Part shown: positions 55,137 to 64,000 of the stretch, in pieces
How positions within the stretch are numbered: the first letter of the stretch is position 1
Layout of the letters: each line of letters begins with the position of its first letter
Sequence record: KX397373.1
Length of the DNA stretch: 64,000 nt
Reading direction: 5' to 3' (one strand)
Made by a program: the position numbers and the translations under genes
The notes under the pieces: model-generated
What the model saw: only the letters and a program-made list of their open reading frames with translations
What the model was told of the DNA's origin: nothing
The model's database searches: none

Positions 55137-55370
55137 ATGCGCAACTTATTCACTGCTACTACTACTTCTGTAATCGCTACCGCTTCTGCTGGCAGCAAAA
55201 CTACTTCTCGCAAACCTGACCTGCTGGACGTCCTGCTGAAACTGTCTCACACCGAGCGTGAAGCAGTGATGAAAGAACTGAAAGAAGGCAACAAGATGGT
55301 AGACAAATTAGATGTGGTCTACGGTTCTAAAGACAAGAAAGATTCTGGCGGTCTGCTGTTCATGGCCTAA
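55137..55370 (+). CDS. Hypothetical small early protein
   Basis: 77 aa; AAGGA RBS; preceded by hairpin GGGAGAGCC-TA-GGCTCTCCC. Confidence 0.75.
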   Translation: MRNLFTATTTSVIATASAGSKTTSRKPDLLDVLLKLSHTEREAVMKELKEGNKMVDKLDVVYGSKDKKDSGGLLFMA

Positions 55371-55376
55371 GGCTAA

Positions 55377-55467
55377 CGCGATGCGAAACTATTACTTGCG
55401 ATGTTGATGTCCTGGGGAAACCTGGGGCATCACATCGTGACGTAATCATCGCGCTTTCTTTTTTTTT
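55377..55467 (+). other. Long four-segment RNA hairpin with GAAA loop followed by a U tract
   Basis: 30 potential base pairs in 4 nested stems at 55377-55453; T tract at 55455-55467. Confidence 0.7.
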
Positions 55468-55566
55468 CGCCAGCCCCCAGTTCACGATACCCTCGCGTTT
55501 TGAATCTGTTCCCCTAGCGGAAATTGCTATGCAACACCCGACCCTTCACTCGACAGGAGAGCAGTA

Positions 55567-57384
55567 ATGACCACCCAAGCGATGGCCGTCATCTCATTTG
55601 ATCGTTGTGCTTCAATTGGCGCACTGCGCGCTACTGAACCTGCTCAGCCAGGTCAACGTATTGATTTGAAAGAATATAGTCAGGGCACTGGCTACGGCGG
55701 AGGTTACTTCATTCACCAAGAGAATGATACGACTTCACCGGATGATGGGGGTTATTGCATCGTGACGCCGAAAGGTGCACGCTGGAAACGTGCGTTAAAC
55801 TCTTTACATGAACTCAACGTCTGTCACTTCGGTGCAGTCGGGGGTGGTAAAGTAGATACCGCTGACGCGTTCGCGAAAATGATGGCTTGGTCTCAGGCGA
55901 ACATCCCTGCTATCGGCGTGCAATATCCCGCCGGTATGTTCAAGCTTTCCAAGTTTACCAACACCAAAGAGATTGCGCGTTTCCGTGTAGCGGGTGCGCC
56001 AGTCAACAGTGACTTCGGCTATTTCAATACCACAACCCTTATCGGTGACAATACCGAAGAGGGTTTTATCCTGGATATCGTGGCGCGCCGTACGTCTATC
56101 GCTCACATCAACTTCGAAGGTGCTGCTGATCCGTTCGCGGCTAATGACAAGAAAGTCGCGGGGCTGAAAGGTTTCCTGCGTAACACTTGTCCGGGCGGTC
56201 AATACGTTCGTGTGAGCAACTGGGCAAGTTCGTTCGTTGGGGGTGTGACCTTCAGTATCCTTGATGCGCTGGACACCAAGTTCGACCAGTTCTACGTTTC
56301 TAAACACACCAACAGCTTCATCTATGGTCGTTGGTCTGGTCAGACGTGGGGTGTGTGGGATCACGAAACTGCTATCGAGCTGTCGAACTTCAACGTGCAG
56401 AACTGTACTGGCCCGCACGTCTTTGACCTGCCGCGTGCGACGCAGTCTGAAATCAATAACGGTTGGATTGAACACACAACTAACCCTGGTAACTTGTCTG
56501 ATGGCCATTGGCTTATCAGCAACTTCTCCATGGAAGGCTGTGGGCCGATGCTGATTGAGAATGCGCGTTTAACACGCCATCACATCAATCTGCAAGCGGG
56601 GTCGAGCTGGGACAAGTCCACGGGTAACTCTAACTGGACAGGTCTGTCAGGCTACGAGAAAGGTGACCTGCAACTGGAGTGGCACGGCATTGATGTTGCC
56701 GGTTCCATGACAGCAAGCTACTACTCGCCAGAGTTCCGTCTCGACAACAACAAAGGGTCGTCACAGTGGTTCTATCTCGGGAACATCCGCACCACCGGTG
56801 TGGGTGAGAACGTGAAGATTACCCTGCAAGGTACCCGTGGTTATAACTCGGTTAAAGGCGATGCTACGCAACACGGTGGGGCTGCACAGGCTCACGGTGC
56901 CGCAGTTATCAGCATCAAAACCGTGTCATCTAACTACGTTGACCTGGAGTGGGATGGCGAGGGTGCCTGTCCGGTGAAGAACGTCAAGTTCACGAAACCG
57001 TTCAAGAACTCCTGCCATGTCTTCGTGGAGCTGTTCGACTGGACGCGTTACGTCTCACCGTTCGTACAAGTCACCTCGAAGTCTCGCTTTGAAGCAGGGA
57101 TTCCGTTTGATGTCGTCTATGACGGCCGGGCATTAACACTGGCTGAAATCCAGGCCATTGTCGATACCCAGTCAGCTGCGGCGGGTTCAACGATTGAACT
57201 GCTGGATGGCGTAACCGGGATGTGCTTCGGTGCCAAGAACGGTATCGGTTGGAACGGGCAAGGCGACCTTCTGCTGCGCTTTGCGCTGAAAGACGGCTAC
57301 CTGCCAGTGAAGATTACCGACCCGGTAACTGAGCGCGTGACGCAAGGCTACATCAAGGTCGAAACATCTATTCCGGCGAAGTAA
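55567..57384 (+). CDS. Tailspike-fold (beta-helix) protein, AmsF/WceF-like EPS-modifying enzyme or depolymerase
   Basis: N-terminal tailspike-type domain (LRATEP...GYGGGYF...DDGG..V...G.RWKR), then NVCHFGAVGGGKVDTADAF...YPAG.F (pectin-lyase-like start) and Gly/Asn/Ser-rich beta-helix-like repeats. Family named from recollection of amsF homologs in Erwinia jumbo phages. Confidence 0.6.
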   Translation: MTTQAMAVISFDRCASIGALRATEPAQPGQRIDLKEYSQGTGYGGGYFIHQENDTTSPDDGGYCIVTPKGARWKRALNSLHELNVCHFGAVGGGKVDTADAFAKMMAWSQANIPAIGVQYPAGMFKLSKFTNTKEIARFRVAGAPVNSDFGYFNTTTLIGDNTEEGFILDIVARRTSIAHINFEGAADPFAANDKKVAGLKGFLRNTCPGGQYVRVSNWASSFVGGVTFSILDALDTKFDQFYVSKHTNSFIYGRWSGQTWGVWDHETAIELSNFNVQNCTGPHVFDLPRATQSEINNGWIEHTTNPGNLSDGHWLISNFSMEGCGPMLIENARLTRHHINLQAGSSWDKSTGNSNWTGLSGYEKGDLQLEWHGIDVAGSMTASYYSPEFRLDNNKGSSQWFYLGNIRTTGVGENVKITLQGTRGYNSVKGDATQHGGAAQAHGAAVISIKTVSSNYVDLEWDGEGACPVKNVKFTKPFKNSCHVFVELFDWTRYVSPFVQVTSKSRFEAGIPFDVVYDGRALTLAEIQAIVDTQSAAAGSTIELLDGVTGMCFGAKNGIGWNGQGDLLLRFALKDGYLPVKITDPVTERVTQGYIKVETSIPAK

Positions 57385-57389
57385 TACCC

Positions 57390-57426
57390 AGGGAGGCTTC
57401 GGCCTCCCTTTCCCCTTTCTTTTTTT
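57390..57426 (+). terminator. Intrinsic terminator
   Basis: AGGGAGGC-TTCG-GCCTCCCT followed by a T-rich run. Confidence 0.8.
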
Positions 57427-57495
57427 GCCCCTTTTAATATGCTGGCAGGGGGTCATAGACGTGACCTCAACAATCCCTTTAAACGAGTTAACGCG

Positions 57496-58293
57496 ATGTC
57501 TCTTACTTCTAAACAGAATCTGCTAAAACTCATCAACGAAGAAAACAAAATCAGCCCTCCGCTGAGTTTGGATGACGTTGATATCGGACTGCCGGAGGTG
57601 GTGTCAGTAGATGGGCGTGATTCGCAGGTAGTATTGACTTCCAAAATGCGCGGGGATGAAGGTTCCCAGGTGACCGTGGATTACCACCGTCGCCCATTAG
57701 AAGATTACCTGAAAGACGACAATGTCTTTGGTGACGAGGATGTGCACACCACGCACGACCTTATCACGGCGATTAACGAACGGTTCGGGTTGAAGTTAGT
57801 GGCTGAGGATATCGAAGATAATCCGGTTGCTGGCATCTCCCACGATGTCGTGGCGGTAACGGATTCCCATGAGTGGCGAAGCGTTGCAACCATCGAAATC
57901 AAACCTGCCACACCCCTGGCGGATGTGATTCCAAACACGGAGCTGGACGGTCTTCTGTATCCCGATCATCAAGACACGCAATTCGGTCAAGCGTATATCT
58001 ATTCGCGTGATGTCGACTGTAGCCACATCTCACCGTTCCTGAGCAAGTTAGCAGTAGGTATCGATGTAGATGACACAGCGTTAGCAGTTGAATTAAACAA
58101 ATGTGTGCCTGAACTTTGGGTTGCTCAAGATACAGCCGCCCCGTATAACCTCCGTAATGCGAAGGTCATCTTCGATGGCATTCCTGCGGACTTACCGGGT
58201 GCTAACACGAAATACGCGTACGTGGTCTCAGTGGAACTCACTGACCTGTGCTCGAACTTCCGTGGTGCGCTGAACTTACACTTTAACAACTAA
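57496..58293 (+). CDS. Virion paralog-family protein 1 (phiKZ gp131-135/SPN3US family-B type)
   Basis: Start at MSLTSKQNLL; family motifs LL..IN..N, Y.R, IN..FGL.L..DI, LDGL.YP, NF.G.L.L.FN. Confidence 0.7.
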   Translation: MSLTSKQNLLKLINEENKISPPLSLDDVDIGLPEVVSVDGRDSQVVLTSKMRGDEGSQVTVDYHRRPLEDYLKDDNVFGDEDVHTTHDLITAINERFGLKLVAEDIEDNPVAGISHDVVAVTDSHEWRSVATIEIKPATPLADVIPNTELDGLLYPDHQDTQFGQAYIYSRDVDCSHISPFLSKLAVGIDVDDTALAVELNKCVPELWVAQDTAAPYNLRNAKVIFDGIPADLPGANTKYAYVVSVELTDLCSNFRGALNLHFNN

Positions 58294-58303
58294 GGGGGTC
58301 TGA

Positions 58304-59137
58304 GTGTCTATTTACGATAAACCCTCGCGGGAGATGTTGTTAGAGGCCATTAACAAACAGAACAATACCGCGCTCACCTGGAACCAGATTGCCTCCGGTT
58401 ATCCGGAAGTGATTCAATCCGAAGGTGCGGAACGTAATACGCGCGTGCTGCTCTACGGCTTAAACGGCCAAGGGTACAAAGGTTCGGTCTCTATTGAGTA
58501 CGACCGTATCGACATGCCGACGTTGTTCCGCAATCTGGTGCCGGTGATTATCACCAACCCGAAAGACAAGCTCTCGGACTTACTCCCGTTCTTAAACGAG
58601 AAGTACGGACTGTCGTTGATTGCTGATGACATTGTTGACCAGTCCGTTAAAGACCTGGGTGACAGTTGGCTACTGGATGTGGCAATCAAACCGGGCTGCT
58701 TAGCCTGGCAGGGTGGGTTTACGCTGCGCTTTGCGAAGTTTATCCCGAACCTGAAAGATGTGGTGACCGATGTTGACTTGAGCGTGATTATTGCGCCGTA
58801 TACCGTGGATGTCAAACCCCACGCTGAATACGTGGCGTACGGTTACGATTGGTCAGAGTTGTCCAAATCATTCGTCACTGACTGGGCGTTTAACCGCGTC
58901 TTAACAGCAGCGGATGTTGATGCGTTGAATGAAGTGGTGCCATTGAAGTTTGCTTTTGTAAACGGAGCGACTGCGCAACCAGGACAGATTGCTTTGTCCG
59001 GTGCACGGTTTAAGGGTGTGACTGCGGTGACCCCGAACTCCAAGTACGACGAAGACTTCGAACGGGTAGCCACCATTGACCTCGCCGCCGACAGCAACTA
59101 CTCGGGCAGCCTTATCCTTCACTTCCAACCGGTATAA
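58304..59137 (+). CDS. Virion paralog-family protein 2
   Basis: Same motifs (ERNT, GYKG, YDR, LNEKYGL). Confidence 0.7.
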   Translation: MSIYDKPSREMLLEAINKQNNTALTWNQIASGYPEVIQSEGAERNTRVLLYGLNGQGYKGSVSIEYDRIDMPTLFRNLVPVIITNPKDKLSDLLPFLNEKYGLSLIADDIVDQSVKDLGDSWLLDVAIKPGCLAWQGGFTLRFAKFIPNLKDVVTDVDLSVIIAPYTVDVKPHAEYVAYGYDWSELSKSFVTDWAFNRVLTAADVDALNEVVPLKFAFVNGATAQPGQIALSGARFKGVTAVTPNSKYDEDFERVATIDLAADSNYSGSLILHFQPV

Positions 59138-59146
59138 GGATAGACG

Positions 59147-60001
59147 ATGCCTATTTTAGCCACAGCTGAAAAGCTTATTCTGGCCGAGATAAACGTAGAG
59201 AACGGACTTGACCTGAAAGATAATGAAGTGTCTTTCGGCCCTCCGGCCGTTCCTACTGAACCTGACGACGTAGCCAAAGCCAACGGGCACAACTCGATGG
59301 TGTCGGTACAAGCATTACCTATCGCGAACGCGACAGGCCGTGCCACTGTGTATTACGATCGTTTAGAGTTCAGTGACATGTTTACTGGCCTCGACGGTAA
59401 TCAGCCGCTGCGTGTTCCGGCACGTTTAGATTCGGTGTTTACCGCGCACGATATTGTCCCGCTGGTCAATCAGTATTTTGGGTTGAGCCTGCGTACGTCG
59501 GATGTCGAGAACACAGAGATTAACCGCTCCTCGTGGGTGGTGGACTTTGTGGCCACAGCCGATTCACTGGGATGGTTAGGCACCATTGAAGTGCAGGTGC
59601 TGCCGGGAGATGCGTTACTGCCCAGTAACTTCGACCCGACAACGGTTGACCCGTATATCATTCCGTACTTTAACACCAAAGTTGGCCAGGCCGCAGTCTA
59701 TGGCTACCCGTGGCGGTTCGATGACTACGCCGCAGAACTGATGGCGATGGGCACCACCACAACGGATGCCAAAAATATCCGACTGGCACAGATTCTCCAG
59801 AAGGTCACAGGTGACCCGTGGCAGGTTTACCGTAACCCGGTGAACTTCAACCTGAAAGAGAACACCTTTGTCTACAACGGTAAGAACAGCGCTTCCTTCC
59901 CGACGAACCCGTCTTACGACAACGTACTGGTGATTGAGCTGTCCTTGTACTGCCTGAACTTTGGTGGGCGTATGTACATCCATTACAACGACCCTGATTA
60001 A
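59147..60001 (+). CDS. Virion paralog-family protein 3
   Basis: Same motifs (YYDR, VNQYFGL, NFGG..YIHYN). Confidence 0.7.
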   Translation: MPILATAEKLILAEINVENGLDLKDNEVSFGPPAVPTEPDDVAKANGHNSMVSVQALPIANATGRATVYYDRLEFSDMFTGLDGNQPLRVPARLDSVFTAHDIVPLVNQYFGLSLRTSDVENTEINRSSWVVDFVATADSLGWLGTIEVQVLPGDALLPSNFDPTTVDPYIIPYFNTKVGQAAVYGYPWRFDDYAAELMAMGTTTTDAKNIRLAQILQKVTGDPWQVYRNPVNFNLKENTFVYNGKNSASFPTNPSYDNVLVIELSLYCLNFGGRMYIHYNDPD

Positions 60002-60021
60002 TCCTGCTAAAGGAAGTTAGA

Positions 60022-60918
60022 ATGAAACCTTTAAACAAAACGTCCGACCTCCTGGTTCTCGATTTCATCAATGAGAAGAACTCAGGTGCGAATCTCGAGC
60101 TGACCAAAGTTATTCTGGGTACGCCTGTTGAAAACACCGGTGCGGACAAAGATGACCGTAATACCCAGATGGATGTCAAGGCGCGTAAGAACTCCGGTTA
60201 CATCGGCGATCAGGGCGTGACCTATAACCGTCTGGAAGGTGAAAAGCTGTTCCTGAACGTCACGGCTTACCTGGACGTGAAAGAACCGAAAACCACCACT
60301 GACCTGCTGAGCAAACTGAACGAGCAGTACGGTCTGAAAATCACCGAAGACGACATCGACCCAACGGCTATCCCGGACGGCACTAACCCGCCAGTAACCA
60401 ACCCGGAAGATCCAGACCCGGCTCCGGTTGACCACCTGGTGACCTTCAAAACCGATTGCTACGCCTACCTCGGCGCTATCCCGGTGAAAATCGGTGCTAA
60501 GCCACAGGTCGGTGAGCGTCTGAGCCTGGTCATCACCCAAACTCAGCTGGATGGCCTGGTGTACCCAGACACTCCGATTGAGAACAAAGGTCAAGGCTAC
60601 ATCTACTCCTACGGTGTGGACTGTTCTGCCATTGCTGCGTTCCTGGATGTACAGGCAACCGGCGTGATGGCGAACGACACGGCGTTTGCTGTCGAGCTGA
60701 ACAAAGTGGTTCCAGAGCTGTGGGTTGCGGAAGATGCCTCTAAGGATTACAACCTGAAAGGCGCAAACGTAACCTACGTTGGCCTGACTGCGGACGACGG
60801 CACGGGCAAACCTGTTGAAGGCGCGAATACCGCTTACAACAAAGTGATGCTGCTGGAGCTGGACGACACCAAGTGCTCTAACTTCACCGGTACCATGTTC
60901 CTGCACTTCAACGCCTAA
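60022..60918 (+). CDS. Virion paralog-family protein 4
   Basis: Same motifs plus a Pro/Asp-rich insert; followed by hairpin 60925-60952 and a T tract. Confidence 0.7.
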   Translation: MKPLNKTSDLLVLDFINEKNSGANLELTKVILGTPVENTGADKDDRNTQMDVKARKNSGYIGDQGVTYNRLEGEKLFLNVTAYLDVKEPKTTTDLLSKLNEQYGLKITEDDIDPTAIPDGTNPPVTNPEDPDPAPVDHLVTFKTDCYAYLGAIPVKIGAKPQVGERLSLVITQTQLDGLVYPDTPIENKGQGYIYSYGVDCSAIAAFLDVQATGVMANDTAFAVELNKVVPELWVAEDASKDYNLKGANVTYVGLTADDGTGKPVEGANTAYNKVMLLELDDTKCSNFTGTMFLHFNA

Positions 60919-60986
60919 TGGCACGCTAGGGGGAGGCTATCCTCCTCCTAGCACTGCTTTCTTTTTTCTGTGCCGAGGAGGCTGCT

Positions 60987-61823
60987 ATGGCGATTTATAG
61001 TCAGTCTCAGCGACAGTATCTCTTTGATGCAATCAACGCGGAGAACCCTGGTGCGATTATGCCCATGGGGTTGAACAACGCGATTATCGGGAAACCGAAA
61101 GTGATTCCAACAACAGAGACTGGAGCCAATACCGAGATTGTCATTCGTGGCCGTCAAGGGCGAGGCTACGCAGGCGGACAAACTTTCCGCTACAAGCGTT
61201 TGTCGCTGAACGACTTATTTAAGAACCTGGTTGCGACGGTGACTTCACCGCAGGCGTATGGCTGGCTGAACAACGATGCGAAGAAACTCGCGTTTGTCCA
61301 AAACGTCAACGCGCGCTATGGTCTTAATCTGGAAGCCATTGATATTCCAGATGTGTACGTATACCTCAACAACAAGAACACGGTCAACGTGTTAGCAACC
61401 TGCGTCCAGTACACCGGTGGGATTACCTTTAACTCGGTTAGAGGGAAGAACTCGCTGGAAGAAGCAATTCTGGATGATGTGTTGAAGGTACTGAATCACC
61501 CTATTGACGTCGACGACCAAAAGCTCTGCGGAACGATGCTGGGTTATAGCGTGGACTTTACAGACGAGCCGCAAATCATGCAGGCGTTTGTGAATGGGCG
61601 TATGGACGTGGGGGCGAACTTTACTTCGGGGGCCAGTGATAACCTGGTGACACTGATGGTCAGTCGTGGGTTACCGTCGTTTGATTTTACCGGTGCCACG
61701 ATTAAGCGCGTGAAAACCACCGCGGAACCACGGGCGAACACCATGTACGATAACGTGCTGGTTATCACGAACGTTAACGATCCTCACGTCGGTGGCGATT
61801 GGCTGCTGCACTACAACGATTAG
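60987..61823 (+). CDS. Virion paralog-family protein 5
   Basis: Same motifs (YKR, VNARYGL, LLHYN). Confidence 0.7.
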   Translation: MAIYSQSQRQYLFDAINAENPGAIMPMGLNNAIIGKPKVIPTTETGANTEIVIRGRQGRGYAGGQTFRYKRLSLNDLFKNLVATVTSPQAYGWLNNDAKKLAFVQNVNARYGLNLEAIDIPDVYVYLNNKNTVNVLATCVQYTGGITFNSVRGKNSLEEAILDDVLKVLNHPIDVDDQKLCGTMLGYSVDFTDEPQIMQAFVNGRMDVGANFTSGASDNLVTLMVSRGLPSFDFTGATIKRVKTTAEPRANTMYDNVLVITNVNDPHVGGDWLLHYND

Positions 61824-61834
61824 GAATAAAACGA

Positions 61835-62722
61835 ATGGCAATCTATCAACCTTCGAAGGACGTCATTCTGGCCGCCATCAATGCACAGAACTCCATCGCG
61901 GTTAAAGCGACAGACATTGTGTACAGTGCGCCGAAAGACATTCGTGGTACTGATAAAGGTAACACGACCAAAAAGAACACCCAGGTTAAAGTCACCGCCG
62001 ATGGCGTCGTGGGGTCAACCTGGTCGGGCAAAAAGAACGTGTTCTACGACCGTCTCCAGATTCAGGACTTGGTGGTGCTGATTGGTGACACGCTCTATAT
62101 CGGGCCGTCAAACAACCATCTTCAGGAAGCTATCCCTGCCCTGAACCTGCGTTATGGTTTTGTGTTTGAAGCGGGTGATTTGCAAGAAGCAGAAATCCTG
62201 TGGAACGAAGACAAAACGGCGGGCACGGTAAAAGTGAAAGCGGTTGAGACTTCACTGGGCTGGATTGGTGAGTACAACTTTAAAGTGGTGAAAGGTGACG
62301 AATCCCTGCCGTCGAAAGTGTCAACCAACACTCTGTCCGGCCTGAAATACCCGAACGGCCAGATGGGTTCCGAGACGGTCGCTGCTACCATTGCGCAGGT
62401 CTACTCGTACCCGTTCAACTTCACCGTGTACCACGACCTGTTCAAATCCTTCACACCGGGTGTGTTGACGGGCGACGCCCTGACCAACTTCGTCAACGCG
62501 ATGAAGGTCATCACCGGCGGGTCGTGGGTCACTACCAACAACGCCACTTGGGGTCTGTCTGGTGCAGAGGTTACGTTCGTGGGCAACAACGACGCAGTTA
62601 CCATGCCAACCAACAGCAAGTACAGCTTCGTGCTGGCGGTGAAACTGCCTGCGTCGCTGACGGCGATGGTCGGTACGATGTACCTGCAATTCAACAAACC
62701 AGAAGACCCGAACGAGGTGTAA
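61835..62722 (+). CDS. Virion paralog-family protein 6
   Basis: Start moved to MAIYQPSK after AGGA; same motifs. Confidence 0.7.
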   Translation: MAIYQPSKDVILAAINAQNSIAVKATDIVYSAPKDIRGTDKGNTTKKNTQVKVTADGVVGSTWSGKKNVFYDRLQIQDLVVLIGDTLYIGPSNNHLQEAIPALNLRYGFVFEAGDLQEAEILWNEDKTAGTVKVKAVETSLGWIGEYNFKVVKGDESLPSKVSTNTLSGLKYPNGQMGSETVAATIAQVYSYPFNFTVYHDLFKSFTPGVLTGDALTNFVNAMKVITGGSWVTTNNATWGLSGAEVTFVGNNDAVTMPTNSKYSFVLAVKLPASLTAMVGTMYLQFNKPEDPNEV

Positions 62723-62725
62723 TGT

Positions 62726-63571
62726 ATGGGACTCAACTACAGTAAGCCTTCTGACTTGCTGGTCTTCGATCTGTTAAACCGGGATAACCCCGGTTTACCG
62801 ATTCCGGTGGATGCGAATAACGTAATCATCGAGAAGATTACGCAAGTGACGCCAGGCCCGGCCAATAACAACCGCAACACCCAGGCGCGTCTTCGCGGGG
62901 TACAGGGAATGGGGTTCCGCGATTCCCTGACCTTGTACTACGACCGTATCAGTTTGGCACGTCTTATCCCGTGGTGGAGCTACGGTACAGCTACACGTAC
63001 TGCGTGCGGTATTACCAACTTCACAGCAGCGAACCTGCACGAACTTCTGCCATCCATTCTGGATACGTACGGTATTAACCTGCAACCCAAAGATGTGACC
63101 AATCAAAACTTTGGTGGTGTAGGCCAACCGAATTATAACTTTACCTACTCCTGTAACGCGTTGGCGACTTCGCCCGCGTATTTCAATGGTTTCACTGGTT
63201 ACCTGATGCGTGGTCTGCCGGTGCTGGATACGTCGATTACGATTGACACCTTGAACGTCATGAAGCACCCGATTGGCATTGACACCAATCAGATGTGTGT
63301 GGACTTGATGACCTGGGGTATCGATTTCACGGCGTACAAGAACCTGCTGACGGTCACGTCGGGTGGTCTGCCAAACTGGGCGGGCCTACGTAACCTGTTG
63401 GACAGCCTGGGTGTGCCGAACTACGCTGCGCCGATGAGCTCCAACACGGTGCAGGATGTCGCCACCACGGGGAACCAGTGGGCGAACAAAGACTACGACC
63501 GTGTGGTGATTCAAACCGGTATCGATGAGACCGGGGCGAAGGGTGTAGCCTACTATCACTACAACAACTAA
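62726..63571 (+). CDS. Virion paralog-family protein 7
   Basis: Same motifs (NRNT, GFRD, YYDR, YYHYN); terminator AGGGCC-TGCG-GGCCCT + T at 63576-63600. Confidence 0.7.
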   Translation: MGLNYSKPSDLLVFDLLNRDNPGLPIPVDANNVIIEKITQVTPGPANNNRNTQARLRGVQGMGFRDSLTLYYDRISLARLIPWWSYGTATRTACGITNFTAANLHELLPSILDTYGINLQPKDVTNQNFGGVGQPNYNFTYSCNALATSPAYFNGFTGYLMRGLPVLDTSITIDTLNVMKHPIGIDTNQMCVDLMTWGIDFTAYKNLLTVTSGGLPNWAGLRNLLDSLGVPNYAAPMSSNTVQDVATTGNQWANKDYDRVVIQTGIDETGAKGVAYYHYNN

Positions 63572-63625
63572 ACCAAGGGCCTGCGGGCCCTTTCTTTTTT
63601 GTCGTAGGTGGGCTTAGGAGTCACT

Positions 63626-64000
63626 ATGCAATTCTATTCCAGTGCTGCGTTACAACTGATATACGACCAGGTGAACCGAGACAACCCGGATTTACCGGTA
63701 AAGCTTACCCAGGACGTCGCGGCACTCAAGAGTGGGCCGACGGCTAACTCTGCCAATGGGCGCAATACCCGTGCGGTATTTGTCGCCTATCCCGGTAAAG
63801 GGTACCGTGGTGAAATCACACTCTATTACGACCGTGTTAACTTAGGACAAATCTTTACCACGACACTCCGCCCGCTTATCAGCCTGCCTACGACAGTGAA
63901 GACGTTAGCAGATGCGTTGCCGTATTTGAACGACTTGCTCGGGCTCAGTCTGACCGTTGAGGATTTACAATCCCCTACGATGCCTCTGGCTCCGGATACC
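63626..64000 (+). CDS. Virion paralog-family protein 8, truncated by the window end
   Basis: AGGAG RBS; MQFYSSAALQLIYDQVNRDNP...GRNTR...GKGYRG...YYDR; open to base 64000; not in the ORF track. Confidence 0.7.
   Translation, partial: MQFYSSAALQLIYDQVNRDNPDLPVKLTQDVAALKSGPTANSANGRNTRAVFVAYPGKGYRGEITLYYDRVNLGQIFTTTLRPLISLPTTVKTLADALPYLNDLLGLSLTVEDLQSPTMPLAPDT

Noticed and set aside
29064-57441. TATG shortly after T tracts (e.g. 29064, 35631, 40999, 41578, 55528, 57438) as phiKZ-type late promoters
   Set aside because: Plausible from phiKZ precedent, but a 4-nt motif with variable spacing cannot be separated from chance without TSS data.
1-64000. tRNA, rRNA, introns, inteins, homing endonucleases, integrases or transposases
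   Set aside because: No cloverleaf or T-loop pattern in the intergenic spaces; helicase and RNAP ORFs are of uninterrupted size; no LAGLIDADG/HNH/GIY-YIG or recombinase motifs recognised by eye.

Overview
This 64-kb window is a slice of a phiKZ-like jumbo myophage genome (Chimalliviridae-type). Gene order and sequence motifs best fit the SPN3US/Erwinia-phage group infecting enterobacteria; this assignment is by recognition, not database search. Almost all genes are on the + strand. The core head/replication block contains a DnaB-like helicase (-), the major capsid protein, a non-virion RNA polymerase beta-subunit fragment, the portal (-), several conserved virion proteins and RuvC. It is interleaved with accessory operons encoding four GNAT or GNAT-like proteins, a SLOG/DprA-like protein, dTMP kinase, an XRE HTH protein, Dam methylase, a 2OG-Fe(II) oxygenase, a QueC-like PP-loop protein and a DUF488-like protein. 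The window ends with an AmsF/WceF-like tailspike-fold gene and a tandem array of at least 8 paralogous virion genes. No tRNA, CRISPR array, intron or intein was recognised. The most notable unexplained signals are: (i) a modular early-gene leader (20-nt promoter motif, 5' hairpin, and a TCGACYATT box fixed 27-31 nt before the start codon), including a ~52-nt intergenic unit duplicated 49 kb apart; (ii) both essential minus-strand genes sit head-to-head with a plus-strand gene across 11-14 nt spacers carrying a Shine-Dalgarno on each strand; (iii) a 30-bp four-segment RNA hairpin closing an early operon, and a structured leader before dam; (iv) three adjacent genes sharing an MLKP(R/K)K N-terminus; (v) a tandem pair of apparently catalytically dead T4 gp21-like protease folds. 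Many start codons were moved downstream of the ORF-track starts based on RBS position.
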